A DNA stretch of 64,000 nt from Octopus vulgaris (taxonomy: Eukaryota): contig OX597818.1 of assembly GCA_951406725.2 (NCBI GenBank), positions 34,720,001 to 34,784,000 of the forward strand. The letters are read 5' to 3'. The position numbers were made by a program, and so were the translations under genes. Positions 38,731-51,193 of the stretch are shown in pieces; the stretch's first letter is position 1, and each line of letters begins with the position of its first letter. The notes beneath the pieces were generated by a model. The model saw nothing but the letters and a program-made list of their open reading frames with translations, was not told the origin of the DNA and did no database searches.

Positions 38731-41700
38731 AAAATTATTTTAGTAGTACTTTTGACTCCTAATTATCCTCATACATCTTTTGTTAATCTGGCTGATTCCA
38801 GTACAAATCTTGTGAGCATATAGTACACTTTATATACACCATATAGAGTCCTACCTTCTCCTTTTCTGCACATCAAGCAAAACCATCTACTTGAAGGCAA
38901 CAGTTATAACTTGCTTGTTCTTCTATTATAACTAAAATAATTTCAGTCACCGAACTTGTTTTATGCTGCTGCTTAATTTATTTGTCATTTGCAGCACACA
39001 TAGAAGCCATAGTAAAGAAAGTTAAATTATACATAAATATACTTAAGTAATTCATAGTCACAGTATTTGGTTAACACAAATAAACAGTGCTAGTGTACAA
39101 AAAATATATTAGAACTATTATGGATTATACCAGTTTTGCTTTGCTTCCAACTTCTGCACAAGATATCACAACATAGAGGCAAAAGTGACACTTCACATCT
39201 GCATTTATTGTTTGAAGACCAGCAGGAAAACAGGAGGAACAAAGTCCTCTATGTGGTCAAATTTCCTTCAAATCATCCTCCACCATCTTAAAAAGGGCAA
39301 GACACTTTTGATGATAAAGTTCTAGATATGCCAAATGATGGAGATAGTCATAGTTGGAATGCCAGTAATCTTAGGTCTGCTCAAGTAAATTGGCATTCTA
39401 GAGTTGGAGCATTGAGAGAAAGCACTATGCTTAGCTTCCCACACTGTACTCCATACAATAAACTACTTCATGTCTGATTGAGTAGTGTAGTCCCTTGGAT
39501 CCCTAGATTTGTGGATAACACCAAGTCACATATCTCTCTTTGATGATACAAGTATTGTACAGATTTGTACAAAAAAAGATGAAATTATGCAAAATAAATT
39601 ACATACTTTTTTCCATATCTGAACTTTGTTGTTTTTCAATGGCTATAGTACCATTCAAATTAACCTATCCACTTCTCTAACAACAACACCCACCACTTTC
39701 CATCTAGCTTGTGCCATACATTAGCCACAAATGTGATATGTAATACTTAGAGGTTGTCCTATAGAAGCGCCCAGTTGTCCTGTATGTTATTAGTCTCTTT
39801 CTCTCTCTCCTTCTTCCTTCTGTCATATGCATCGACTAGAAATTCTCTGAACCTATGACTGGTTAAAGGCTCTTTCAGCTTTTATTTTTCCTTCTCCAGA
39901 GTGTTCTGTGACTCTAGGTTTATCTAAGTCTTATTCTAAAGTTAGTAATCATTAAACAATGTTTGAGTGCAAAGTTATTCAACAACAGCTATCAATGTCA
40001 TTTCTTTGTGAGTATGATGGCTCTCCCACTTGTGCATTTGCCTAATTGATTGGTGATTAAGCTGACGGGAAGTTTTATTGAAGTTAGTCTTGCATATAGG
40101 TCATTTTTGTTAGTAGCCTTGATCTTTTCTCATTCCCCATAACATCCATGTATGACAGAGAAGCCATTATAATGTTGCCCAAAATGTCCATTAAAATCAC
40201 CAGCCAAGCTAGTGAGGTCATTGTCGTTTATTATTGAGATAGGCTGCAGGATGGTCTCATAAGAGTTAGTCTGTCTATTCTTCTATCTGATTATGACATG
40301 TATGCAGAGATAAGTATCACTGCAGTGTTGTCTATGACTAACCAGAGCTTAACCATTTAAATGTATACCAGCTACTTCAGTTACTCTATCCATTTCTCTG
40401 CCAACAATACACCTACTCTTTTCATTCCATTGCTGTTACCATAGCTAAGTGTGTGCTGCAAAAATTTGAACTGAGCATTTGCTTAATTTCAAGCTGTTTA
40501 AACTATAAATCTTGGTTGTTATTTGCACAATGCTTCAATTAGACTTCATAATGATTATTTGCTAGTATCGTCTTTAACATATATAAAATTATTTTAAAAC
40601 TGAATTAAATTATTTTTTCCATTCAACTAGCATTGATACTAAGTCACTTTCAATTTTGGGTCATGAAGTTAACGTTGAATGCAACAACAATAACAACTAT
40701 CTACCTGTTTCCTACTGTTTACAACACAGCATTTTTCTACCTTTAGCCATTGAAAAACAACACAGTCTAGATATGGAAAAAAAGTATGTCACTTCTCTCG
40801 CACCATTTCACTTTTCTTTTGTACAAGCCTGTACAATACTTGTATCATCAAAGAAAAATATGTGACAAATAGGCTGTCTTTGTTGCACAGACCTAAGTGA
40901 ACCTTTATGAAATACAGTGCAGTTAGTTGAATGACTTGGTGTTATCCACAAATCCACTGATCTAAGGGATCAATACTGTCCTCTGCAGCCCCATTTTGTC
41001 AGTCTTTCCATGCTACTCTCTTATCGCTAGCTTGTACAAATGCTGCAAAATATGGGCAGTGCTGTCATCATTAGTTTTCCAGTCTAATCATGCATTCACT
41101 TTGAAGCCGTGCAGAGTGAGAGATCTCCAACTTTTAAACAGGTAAAGCTTAGCAACAGGAAGAGCATCTAGCTGTAAAATAATGCCTTAATCACATATTA
41201 GTTTAATCTATGTATGGAAAAGCAAATATATAAAAAAAAAAATTAACATGTTAGCGCAAGCATGACAATATAGGCACGGTTTATTTCCTTATTGCATGGT
41301 TCTGGGTTTAATCCCACTGTGTGGAACCTTGGGCAAGTGTTTTCTACTATAGCACCAAACTGACCCCACAGCCTTTTGAGTGGAATTGATAAAAGAAAAC
41401 TGTCAACACATACATATATATACATGCATGCATGTGTACATTACATATATATATGTATGTGTGTGTATATATTTGTATGTGCATATGTACGGATGAACAT
41501 TTTTTATCCTGTAGCTTGATTTTAAGTATTCATATATATATATATTCCAGAGAAGCACTTGGTTCCACCAGCCTTAGGGGAAGGGCCTGTGAATACCATG
41601 AATATAGCCTCTTCTAGCAGACCAAATCAAATAATAAAAACAGTAATAAATCAATGTGTTAAGCTATAAGTAAAATAAGCTAATAACGAGAAAAGTGAAA

Positions 41701-42490
41701 TTGATTCAACTGCAGATAACAAACAAGGAATAGCAGTGTCACAAATGCAAGGTTCTTTGTCTTTGTGGATGAATGATGAATTACAGGAAGAAAATTTCCC
41801 CAGGGTGTGTGTACAGAGATAACATCTCTGTACATGGCTCTTGCAAATTATTCATCTACACTTAGTTTTCTTTGTGACCTTCAAACTGCAGGCACCTTGT
41901 CAAAGGTGAAGGTCAATAAAGAATAGGTTTAGTGGTTTGGTGTTAGCTATGAACTTCTCTTGTTCTTAAATCACTAAGGACAGGGGTGTATTTTTACACT
42001 ATCCAGTCACAAAATCCACTACATTTAACTTGAGCTGATTCTTCTGAGTTAGTTATGCTTTAAATCAGGTGAACCGGGGTTCACAGAAGCTTTAATGGGG
42101 TTCATGAGTAAAAAATTGTAGTTTGTGGGTTCATATATAAATTTTGTTTACAAGGAGAGGTACCTGTATTTATTGAAATTTTCAAGATTTGTATTTGGAA
42201 CTTATGTTATGAATATAACGAAATTGTTTCATTGTTAGATTTTACTAACCTACAAACAAATATTTTATTTAAAAAATTTACACATGCATATATGGGGTCC
42301 ACAGATGTTAAGATAGCTCTCAGGGGTTCCACAATCAAAATAAAGTTGGGGAACCCTTCTGTAAACTCTTTCTAGTTTTATTATTCTATCACAATATGAT
42401 CTACTTCAGTTGATCAATCTATCTATTTCTCTGCTTACAATATGCCCACTCTGCCAAGCCAAATGTTGCTACCTACACAGAATTTTTATG

Positions 42491-42903
42491 GGATCTTTTT
42501 GGTTTGACTGGCAATTTTTTCTAGCGGTGTCATATGAAATTGTCACCCATAATTATGACCCTAGTATCGATCTATTGCATTTCAATCTGTTTTAGGGTTA
42601 GAGGTGGTGGGAAGGGTATCTTTTTTTCTTCACAAATGTAAATAAACCCAATCTGTTTCTTGAACGAGGAACATATTCATACGGTACAGAATGTTTTCAC
42701 CTCAATAGACGTCATTGATTGGTTGAAATTGCAAAAATTGAAGAAAAAAAACCCAACAAATATCTTACAAACTATAGAATTTTCTCAATAAAGCCAAGAG
42801 AAAAAGATGTTTTATAAACACATTCTACCAGTATACGAAGTTTAAAAGTGTTTAGTTACGTGGAAATTATTTTAAAAAACTGCCGTTCAAACCAAAAGGA
42901 TCC
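42491..42903 (+). mobile_element. Merlin-like MITE copy 1
   Basis: About 30-bp TIR GGATCTTTT.GGTTTGA..GGCA.TTTTT; 8-bp TSD tttttatg / ttttaatg. GG termini plus 8-bp TSD fit Merlin/IS1016. Confidence 0.75.
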
Positions 42904-44762
42904 TTTTAATGTGTTCCTTCAAATCACACTATCTGCTCACCTCACTATACTGTCTTCACACCTGCTTTTCATCATGTCACATGCAGCAAAAAGAGGAGAG
43001 TTTCCAGTTGTGATGGTGATGAGTGGGTTGATGTTAGTGTCATGAACGATAAGCATATAGATTGACTAGGAGTGAGAAAATGATTGAACCAATTGCTTTA
43101 CATATCACCGGGGAAATAAAAAAAAACTGTCTTAGAAAGGCCATGAAAAATAGCTTCACAGTACTCTCCAATACAAGGATATAATTTGTTAGTGTGCTTA
43201 AAAATATGCCAGGAGCTATATAGTTGATGTAAATAGATGTATATGAAACTAAAAGTATTGTAATTTAAGTTCAGCTAAAATAAAATAAAATAAAATAAAA
43301 TACTTAATTGCTGAAAGTGCACAATGATTCAATCTGTAGTCAGTACTATGATCTTATATCTATGTGAATCACAATAACTGTGAAGAAAGGACCTCAAATA
43401 AACCACATAAAAATATGAAATATTTATCACAAGTTACACAGAGAGAGATCTTTAAAAATTTAAGCTACATGACAAATAACCAGTACTGTATTCCTGTATG
43501 ACTGAAGAGAAACTAAGAACATTACAGTCATCTATATATCATTTGGTTGGAATTTGCAGTTGTGTGTGTCACTGAGTACATAGTGACAACAAAACGAAAA
43601 CAGGACATAGTGACAACAGAACAAAAACAGGAGAGTTTGTTTAATATTTTATCAACCAACTTTGCTGTTTTGTGTCGATTTGTTTGATATATAAATACAC
43701 ACACAGAGAGGGCAGAAGGGCAAGAGGGGAATAAGGAAGGGGTTAGACAAGCATTAGTTGAAATGAAAACCTGCTTAAGCTGAAAGTGGAAACTTTCGAA
43801 CTAAAACTTAACAGTCCTGATACAAGGTTTTTTTCCAAAATCAAGTAATGTTATATATATATGTATATATATATATATATATATATTTATATTAGTAGGT
43901 GTATTGATTGGATGGATATGTTGTATTTCAGGAAATCAACTACGACACAGATATGGATCTGAAAGTGTATGTGAAGGCAAAAATAATTTCTTTCTAACAG
44001 TGCCTGATCAGTTGATGATGTTAGTATTATTTTGATAGAAGCCGTGGGTATAGTGATGATGCTGTTATAGAGCATATCTACTATTCTGCTTTAGTGCATC
44101 TCTGTTGTATTGGAAGCTGTTTGTGGTGGATTTTGTTTTTCTATTAACGGTTTAGTCTGAAAAAGACAAGCAGTATCTGTGACTGTTGTAGACACTCTGA
44201 GACTCACAGAGGGAAGAGATGAAATATTTGCAGAACTAAACCCTAGTTTTCTGGGTTTTTAAAAAAATTTTTACTTTCTACTTACTGAGTTTGAATGAAG
44301 GGGCAGTGACCATGACTTTTGAAGACTTTTGAACACTGATGATCCAGATGCTGTTAATGCTCTGTTCAAATTTTTGCAGGTAAACACTTGCAGATAAACA
44401 TACAAGCAGGGAGGAGATTCCAAAGGGACAATGTTCTTGGGAGGGAAAAGTGGGCATAGTGGTTAGTATGGAGCTATGGAGGGAGGATAGCAAGGATGAT
44501 GAGAGCTGAAGAGATGACTGATCACAGATGCCTATGTGGGGGAACTATGAGATCAGCTGGGTCCAACGAACAGTGACCTTTGTAGTAGTGACAAAGAGAG
44601 GAGGTAGCATTCCTGTGGACTACAAGCTAATGTGTGTCCATTAATTCATCTGTTGGCCTTCTTTCTCTGTATATGTTAATGCAATCGAAGTGCAAGTGCT
44701 CCATTATACATTCAGCATGGCCTTTATTCATTGAGCTTTAATATGGTTCCCACTGCCATTGT

Positions 44763-45165
44763 TTACTCTCTTTACTCTTTTACTTCTTTCAGTCATTTGA
44801 CTGCAGCCATGCTGGAGCACCGCCTTTAATCGAGCAACTTGACCCCAGGACTTATTGTTTTGTAAGCCCAGTACTTATTCTATCGGTCTCTTTTGCCGAA
44901 CCGCTAAGTAACAGAGACATAAACACACCAGCATCGGTTGTCAAGCAATGCTAGGGGGACAAACACAGACACACAAACGCATATATATACATACATATAT
45001 ACGACGGGCTTCTTTCAGTTTCCGTCTACCAAATCCACTCACAAGGCTTTGGTCGGCCCGAGGCTATAGTAGAAGACACTTGCCCAAGGTGCCATGCAGT
45101 GGGACTGAACCCGGAACCATGTGGTTAGTAAGTAAGCTACTTACCACACAGCCACTCCTGCGCCT
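44763..45165 (-). mobile_element. Major-family SINE, full length, inverted
   Basis: Near-complete reverse complement of 6335-6740. Confidence 0.92.
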
Positions 45166-46626
45166 ATTTCACAAAAGTTTGAGAGAAGTATTTCTTACGA
45201 TAATCCTTCTAGGAATTTGGAAGCCAATGAACATTTCCAATTCCTCAAGTGGTTTAAAAAATGGCATTGCTCTTACTACAAAGGTCTGAGTAGTTTCCCA
45301 TGAGCTGTAGCAGGAGTTCATCTATGAATAATCTAAATATTGTAATTGGTTAACCTTTTACCATGCTTCATATGAATGTCATTTCTTCTGCTTTCTGTCT
45401 AACTGTCATTGCTTCTGCTTTCTGTTTGTAGTTTAACTTCTGTCAATTTTTTTCTTCTATAACTTGAGAGTCCATAAACTGTAAAGTGTTCATAGAAACA
45501 CCTTAGTCCCAAATTTGTTTGAACATCTGTATCAGACTCATTGAAATCAGTCTTCATCATTCTGAACTATTATGTTCTCTAGGTCATTTACCTTGAAGTC
45601 TTCTCTGTCAAATGAATGATCTGTATCCGATATCTCGAAGCGGATGTATAGCTTCATCAGCAGTTATTTTTTTGCCCCGCTGTAGCACAGAAATACCATT
45701 TATACATTGTGATTGGAATAACAATTATACATTAATATAATAAATGAAATAAATACATTAACATTTAGAGAGAGGGGAGAGAAGTTACTGATAAAGTGAA
45801 AATTCACAAGATTATTTGTATCAATCAATCATGATGTCATACTCAGAGCCAGGCAGAGATCAACAACCTCAAGGTCTCCATCTTTCAAGGTGACAAACCA
45901 TCTCTACTAAACTTCCAAAACATATTCTTTTAATTCTCACTGCTTATCATCAGATAAACATTTACACAGCAAGTAAAAATATTGTCTCGATCAATTGCAA
46001 CATATTGTTACTGATTCTGTAGAAATAGGGGTAGGAATGATCTGGTCCACTAAAATGGCACTTCTGATTTATGTGTTTTAAACATCAGAGATTAGAATTT
46101 GTGTAAAAAACCCCAAAAAAACTGCCCTCCTCCACCGCCAATATTTATATAAAAAATATTCAAAACGAAATACCATCAAAAGGTTGGATATTGTGAAATT
46201 CTATCGTTGTATAATATTTGAAAAAGTTAAATACAAGAAAAAAAAAAAAAAACACACACACACACACAGAAAAGTAAAAAACGAAATAGTTATGGAAAGT
46301 TGAGGGAAAAGGCAAAAAGTAGAAAAGTAACCTTTTCTTTTTCTTCTTGGAATCATAATCAATGTTTAAATTACAGTTGGAAATTTTTTCGTAAAAAAAA
46401 AAGTCAAAAAGGAAAAATTACGAAAAAGCGGAAGGTGAAAATTTAAAAAAAAATCAGATTTTGAAAAACATTTTTTTTTTGTACTTTTGCAGAATCATAA
46501 TCTTTGATGTTTTAAAACATACAAGTACAAAAAACAAACAAAAAGAAAACACACAGAAAAACAAATAAAATAGGAAAAAAAAAAAACTTTTGAAAACTAG
46601 ATAATTTCCACCACTCCTATAGAGTA

Positions 46627-46918
46627 GGCGCAGGTGTGGTTGTGTAATAAGTTTGCTTCCCAACCACATGACTCTGGGTTCGATCCCACTGTTTAGCACC
46701 TTGGGCAAGTGTCTTCTACAAAGTCCCCGGGCCGATGTGTTTGTATTTGTGTGTTTGTTTACCCACCACCGCTTGACAACCAGCTTTGGTTTGTTTCCGA
46801 CTCCGTAACGTAGCGGTTCGGCTTTAAAAAATAAGTATTGGGGACAACTCGATCGATCAAAACTTCCAAAGGCGGTATCCCAGCATGGTCGAAATCCAAT
46901 GATTGAAATGAGTGAAAG
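46627..46918 (+). mobile_element. Major-family-related SINE, internally deleted
   Basis: ggcgcaggtgtggttgtg...gggttcgatccc...accttgggcaagtg...ccagcatggtcg. Confidence 0.8.
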
Positions 46919-46957
46919 ATTCCCCATATTTATGAAACGTGTAGACGTGAACAATAG

Positions 46958-48115
46958 TAATGCACATGCGCACACATAAATAGAAACGCACACGCGCGCA
47001 GTTTTCTACTTTCACTTTTCTTGATGTCGTCACTGACGATGGCAGAAAGATCAAAGAGAAAATAGAAAACGATTTACGACTCATTTCCGATTCTTAGAAA
47101 CCGTCTAAGGAAGAATCGTAAAGTTATGACTTTTTTTGCGTAGAATTTTCGAAAACCGCTGAAAAGAGATGTGAAGTGTTATGATTTTGTTTTCTTAGAA
47201 TTCCCAGAAACTTGATACTACACAATCATATTTTGGCATTTCATTTCCAGGTCAAAAACAATGGATTTTTGTAGAAAAAAAAGAAGCGTATCCAATAGAA
47301 AATATGGAAGTATTTTTATGATCGGAAAGTGAATGTTTTTTAATACAACTGACGATCATATTTAAATAATTGTCCGAGTTTATCATTATCTGTTATAAAT
47401 ACCACGCGGATCTAAATTTTTCCAATAATTCGTCAAAACCATCGTTAGAACACTTTTGATAAGGTAAACACTTTTACTTTTCATAGGGTACTGGAAACGA
47501 AGTGTTTTGTATAAGTGTTTGTTCATGTGGTAGCAAGTGAATTGAAAAGCAACAGCGCTGTTCATAAATACTAACATCTTTCGTATACGCAGAGCCTATA
47601 AATCTTGGGCTCATAGTTGTATATAAAGTTTTCCTTTTCACGAGAAACGAAGTTCAGACCCTAGTTTGCATTTTGCGAGATGTTAGGTAATAATCGGTTG
47701 TGTCTGGGGAGAGTCATTTTCTTTTTGTGCCTTATAATTTAACACTCACCGGTAAAATTTCCACTTATTTCTTATTTTTATTTTCCTAAAATTTTCGTTA
47801 TATCATTAGTCAGTGCCGGTTATTATTTTACAAGTTCTGGCGAAGTTATCCGCATTGGGCATCATTAAAGTGCTTATTGTCGACAAATTATTGGTGATTT
47901 TTCGATTTATGAAGTCATATAATGCACATGCGCACACATAAATACAAAAGCACACGCGCGCATTTTTCTACTTTCACTTTTCTTGTCGTCGCTGACGATG
48001 GCAAAACTAAAGAAATAAAAGAGAAAATAGAAAACGATTTATGACTCTTTTCTGATTCTTAGAAACCGTCTAAGGAAGAGTCGTAAAGTTATGATTTTTC
48101 TTTGCGTAGAATTTT
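46958..48115. repeat. About 190-bp direct repeat pair (46958-47149 and 47920-48115)
   Basis: Both read taatgcacatgcgcacacataaata...ttttctactttcacttttcttg...ttcttagaaaccgtctaaggaaga.tcgtaaagttatga...tttgcgtagaatttt. Confidence 0.9.
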
Positions 48116-49073
48116 AATGACTGACAAAAATGTGAAACAAATTGTAAAGAAGCGCAGTGAATGAAAGTTAAAATCGTTAATAAAATTTAAATTGAAAAAT
48201 ACCCGTTGTAAGAAAATGATAATTGTAAAATCCGATTTTGTGTTGCTTTTTGTCAGTGTCTAGACCAGTGGACACAGTTGATTTATGGGCGAAATGGAGG
48301 ACTGGTGATAAACAGTCTTAATTGGTCGCCTCCACATTAACAGGACTTTTCCTTACGAGAAACAGATGGAGATGATTTTCTAGTCTTTGCCGATTATTAA
48401 CGATTAAGATCTTTTTCTTTCCATTTTCTTCCATTGCATTTCTTCTCAGTTATGTTTCACTTTTATTGTCCGCTGTTACATGTTCATAAATCGGAAGACG
48501 ATAAAATTATTGATCGGTTCAGATAGAAAAGTATTGTTGTTCAGACACGATGGGATATGATGCGGTTATAATTAATGTTTTAAACAAGTACAACGCAAAA
48601 ACTCAACGTTGTCATGACAGCGATAAATGGACATTCTTATAAAGCCAAAAAAATTTATAACGGATTTTTCTTAAGTAAATTTTTTACTTAAAGATTTATG
48701 TCAGAAATAACATGTCGAAATAAAATGACGCGTTGACATTTAATCTTTAATGGTTAGTAAATGTTGAGAAATATTTCTCGAGGGTCCATTACCTTTCGAG
48801 TGTATTTAATCCTATTTTTAATTTTTTGTATCTTCAGGATTGTTTTGCTATTCAAGAAGTTCTATTGAAAAAGGAGTAAAATATGAAATATGCAATCGGT
48901 AAAAAAAAAAAAAAAATTCTATGAATAGCAGCTCTTAAATGAAATCTAGCTTATTAGTCGGTCATAAATACCTTATTTTCATATATACGTGTATAAGCCT
49001 TGAAGAGAGACTTATTTCCAGTTTTAAACACCACTGAAATTTATTTCTGATATGGTGTTGTTTCGTCCCAGGT

Positions 49074-49438
49074 GGATCTTTTCGGTTTGAACTAAACTTC
49101 GTACACTGGTAGAATGTGTTTATAAAACATCCTTTTCTCTTGGCTTTATTGAGAAAATTCTATGGTTTGTAAGATATTTGTTGTTTTTTTTCTTCAGTTT
49201 CTGCAATTTCAACCAATCACTGACGTCTATTGAGGTAAAAAACATTCTGTGCCGTATGAATATGTCCCTCGTTTAAGAAACAGATTGGGTTTATTTACAT
49301 TTGTGAAGAAAAAAAAGATACCCTCTCCCACCCCTAACACAGATTGAAATGCAATAGATCGATACTAGGGTCATAATTATGGGTGAGAATTTCATATGAC
49401 ACTGCTAGAAAAAACTGCCGTTCAAACCGAAAAGATCC
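49074..49438 (-). mobile_element. Merlin-like MITE copy 2 (inverted relative to copy 1)
   Basis: GGATCTTTTCGGTTTGAAC ... GTTCAAACCGAAAAGATCC; perfect 8-bp TSD TCCCAGGT (49066-49073, 49439-49446). Confidence 0.85.
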
Positions 49439-50188
49439 TCCCAGGTTAGCCTTGAGAGTGAGCTGGTTTCAGATAATGTATTGACGACTTCTGACAAGCA
49501 TCTTTTTCAGCAGTGGTGCCCCAGCATGGCCGCGGCCTTCGGGCTAAAACATTTTTAAGGATTTAAGGACTACATTCATCTGCTATCTTTCCTTTTCATA
49601 AAACAGTTGGGAATTTTGGCTGCTTTTTCTAGCAGGACGAATGATCGTGTAGAGGGCCTCCTTTGCTACTGTATTAGTAGTGTATAGAGCCAGGCAATGA
49701 TTTGTTTCTTAGCTTAAAATTTATACTCACGAAAATGTCTTGGCTCTTTGTATACTTTCGCAACTGACCAATGTTATTAAAAAAGAGCTAAATCTAGTTA
49801 TCTTTCTTATACATTTGCTTCTAGTTTCTAACAATTTAGATCCTAGCTCAAATCCAGCTTTAATAATCTGGTTCTTTCTTTGCATTTTTCTTTCCATTCA
49901 AACAAAACAATAATAGTAAAGCGTATGAACGGACTGGCATGCAGTTTAGTGTAGAGTGGAAATAAATTGCGCTAGAACGGATATTAGTGAAACTTCCATA
50001 ATTTTACAAACACAGACACTTAATTATGTATGTTTTACTAGTAACAAGGGCATTTCTGAAATAACAGCTGGGGTACACTGCTGCAGCGCAGTATAGCCAA
50101 CAACAGTAGTGAAAAGCCACAAGGGCACATTTGATATCTGATGGATGAGTTTCTTATGTTTAAGCCACATAATGTTGAACGAGAGTTG

Positions 50189-51193
50189 GGATCTTTTCGG
50201 TTTGAACGGCATTTTTTTCTAGCGGTGTCATATGACATTGTCACCCATAATTATGACCCCAGTATCGATCTATTGCATTTCAGTCTGTTTTAGGGTTAGA
50301 GGTGGGGGGAAGGGTATCTTTTTTTTCTTCACAAATGTAAATAAACCCAATGTGTTTCTTAAACAAGGAACATATTCATACGGCACAGAATGTTTTCACC
50401 TCAATAGACGGTCATTGATTGTTTGAAATTGCAAAAATTGAAGAAAAAAAACAACAAATATCTTACAAACTATAGAATTTTCTCAATAAAGCCAAGAGGA
50501 CCTCAAATAAACCACATAAAAATATGAAATATTTATCACAAGTTACAGAGAAAGATTTTTAAAAATTTAAGCTACATGACAAATAACCAGTACTGTATTC
50601 CTGTATGACTGAAGAGAAACTAAGAACATTACAGTCATCTATATATCATTTGGTTGGAATTTGCAGTTGTGTGTGTCACTGAGTACATAGTGACAACAGA
50701 ACAAAAACAGGAGAGCTTGTTTAATATTTTTTAGTTACCTCATAAATTATGTTAAAAACTGCCGTTCAAACCGAAAAGATCCAATACCTTATTTTCATAT
50801 ATACGTGTATAAGCCTTGAAGAGAGACTTATTTTCAGTTCTAAACACCACTGAAATTTATTTATTTCTGATATGGTGTTGTTTCGTCCCAGGGGTTCGGG
50901 GAAGGGTATCTTTTTTTCTTCTCAAATGTAAATAAACCCAACCTGTTTCTTAAACGAGGGACATATTCATACGGCACAGAATGTTTTCACCTCAATAGAC
51001 GTCAGTGATTGGTTGAAATTGCAGATATTGTAAGAAAAAACAACAACAAATATCTTACAAACCATATGAATTTGCTCAATAAAGCCAAGAGAAAAAGATG
51101 TTTTATAAACACATTCTACCAGTATACGAAGTTTAAAATTTTTTAGTTACCTAGAAATTATGTTAAAAACTGCCGATCAAACCGAAAAGATCC
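50189..51193 (+). mobile_element. Composite Merlin-like MITE copy 3 with captured local DNA
   Basis: Perfect 8-bp TSD GAGAGTTG (50181-50188, 51194-51201) around a 1005-bp unit containing an extra right end (to 50782) and copies of 43388-43650 and 48967-49072. Confidence 0.85.

Noticed and set aside
46454-46993. 179-aa minus-strand ORF (also 44948-45289 and 58166-58606)
   Set aside because: Read-through of SINE sequence and poly-T/A tracts; no domain or splice support.
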